From the NCBI GenBank assembly GCA_035221665.1, contig CM069136.1:47926001-47990000 (forward strand): 64,000 nucleotides of DNA. Reading direction: 5' to 3'. How positions within the stretch are numbered: position 1 is the stretch's first letter; each line of letters begins with the position of its first letter. Both the position numbers and the translations under genes were made by a program. The notes under the pieces were generated by a model. The model had not been told where the DNA came from. It saw only the letters and a program-made list of their open reading frames with translations, and made no database searches. Source of the stretch: Okamejei kenojei. Lineage: Eukaryota. This document shows, in pieces, positions 62,567-64,000 of this stretch.

Positions 62567-62907
62567 CCTAGGACAGAAAGGTCTGTGTAGGAATTTGAAG
62601 GAGAATTAAAGTGTCCAGCTACCGAGAGATCAGGTAGGTTCAGGCGGGCTGAGCGATGGTGTTCCGTGAAACGATTGCCCAGTCTGCATTTGGTCTCGCC
62701 GATGTATAAGTCCACATATTGACCAATGGTTACAGTAGATGAGGTTGGAGGAGGTGCAAGTCAATCACTGCCTAACCCGAAAGGACTGTCGGGGTCCCTG
62801 GACAGAGTTGAGGGAGGAGTTATAGCGACAGGTGTTGCATTTTCTGCGGTTGCAGGGGAAGATACCTGGGAGAGGGTGGTTTGGGTGGGAAGGGATGAGT
62901 TAACCAG

Positions 62908-63261
62908 CAGGGGCGGAAAACACAGGGGGGCCAGAGGGGACACGTCCCCCCCCCCCATGTTTTGAGAGGTGGGGGACATCCCCCCCCCCCAAGACCTGTG
63001 CCTCATCCGCAGCCAGGATCGATCCCGGTCGGGTCTCCGGCGCTGTCCGTCCCCACCCGAGTGCCCCCCCCCCACGGGTGGCCAGAGAGGTCGGGAGTCA
63101 GGCGCGAGCTGTATCCCCAGGCCCACAGCCAGCGCAGTATCTTTATTTAGCGCTGGACTGAGCCTCCGAGGCCTCGCGCATGTGTGTGCGCATGCGCGCG
63201 CGGGCGCCAAAATATTGCGTCCCCCGTCCCCTCCGTGCTTTCATAGCGAGTTCCGCTCTTG
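62908..63261. mobile_element. hAT-type MITE related to 40010-40494
   Basis: Starts CAGGGGCGGAAA, has the same G/C-run subtermini and ends ATAGCGAGTTCCGCTCTTG. No clear TSD. Confidence 0.6.
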
Positions 63262-63840
63262 GAGTTGCAGAGGAAATGGTCTCTCTGGAAGGCGAAATGG
63301 GGTGCAGATGGGAAAATGTGGCTAGTGGTAGGATCCCGTTGGCGGTGACGGAAATTTCAGAGGATTATGTGTTGTATGCGACAGCTGATGGAGTGGAAGT
63401 TAGGGACTAGGGGAACTCTGTCTCCGTTGCTACTAGGGGAAGGCGGAGCAAGGGTGGTGTTGCGGGGTACAGAGGAGACACAAGTGAAGGCCTCATCTAC
63501 GATGGGAGAGGGGAACCCCCATTCCCAAAAGAATGAGGACATCTGGGATGTCCGAGTATGGAACACCTCATCTTGCGGCGTAGACGGAAGAATTTGAAGT
63601 AGGGGATAGAGTTTTTGCAGGAAGCATGGTGGGAAGATGTGTAGTCGAGATAGTTGTGGGAGTCAGTGGGTTTGTAATAGATGTCAGTCAATATTCTATT
63701 TCCTGTGATTGAGACTGTGAGATCAAGAAAGGGGAGGGAGGTGTCGGAGATAGTCCGTAAATTTGAGTGCAGGATGAAAATTGGTGGTGAGGTTAATGAA
63801 GTCCGCAGGTTTTGCATGCGTGCAGGAGGTAGCGCCGATG

Positions 63841-64000
63841 CCGTGTGCGGACGCGGTGCCGACAGACAAGAGGCTGAAGCAAAGAAGCCAAAGAACCGAA
63901 TAGAAACGAGGCCGAAATAGTATGAAGACGAAACGCCTACTAATCGAAAGGATGGGACGCCTAACTTGCTGCTTGGGTTCAGATTGCCCAGTCACCTATG
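63841..64000. mobile_element. Start of another foldback element related to 57900-58590
   Basis: CCGTGTGCGGACG is the reverse complement of 58578-58590. It is followed by GAAGCAAAGAAG and CCGAAA repeats. Confidence 0.65.

Larger units (their letters stand above)
61892..63840 (-). mobile_element. Penelope-like element (RT C-terminus, GIY-YIG endonuclease, hammerhead-bearing 3' end)
   Basis: LPFLDLTV...TDIYYKPTDSHNYLDYTSSH and LYIGETKCRLGNRFTEH peptides. Hammerhead-like motif on the minus strand at about 61995-62023. Confidence 0.88.

Overview
Eukaryotic (vertebrate) genomic DNA, most likely a cartilaginous fish. The skate/ray assignment is inferred from HE1/V-SINE-like SINEs and abundant CR1 and Penelope repeats. 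Two host genes lie on the + strand: the last three coding exons of cathepsin C (CTSC; 2467-2585, 15173-15304, 19752-20254) and the first two coding exons of RAB38 (28741-28942, 56266-56546). This order matches the known human CTSC-RAB38 synteny. Most of the remainder is transposon-derived: CR1 LINEs (one nearly full length, with a nested L1), Penelope-like elements, Rex1/Babar fragments, SINEs, several TIR elements with readable target-site duplications (TSDs), and two Helitron-like elements. There are two assembly gaps. The most interesting signals are four: (1) a family of ~100-230 bp, mostly self-complementary, TSD-flanked Penelope-derived inserts carrying a minimal hammerhead ribozyme core; (2) a Helitron-like element in RAB38 intron 1 with two promoter + mini-exon + splice-donor cassettes, each followed by a 48-bp minisatellite; (3) a decayed CGGBP-type hAT transposase; (4) hAT-like elements with 5-, 6-, 7- and 8-bp TSDs. 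All calls were read by eye with no database searches. Repeat boundaries without a stated TSD are approximate.
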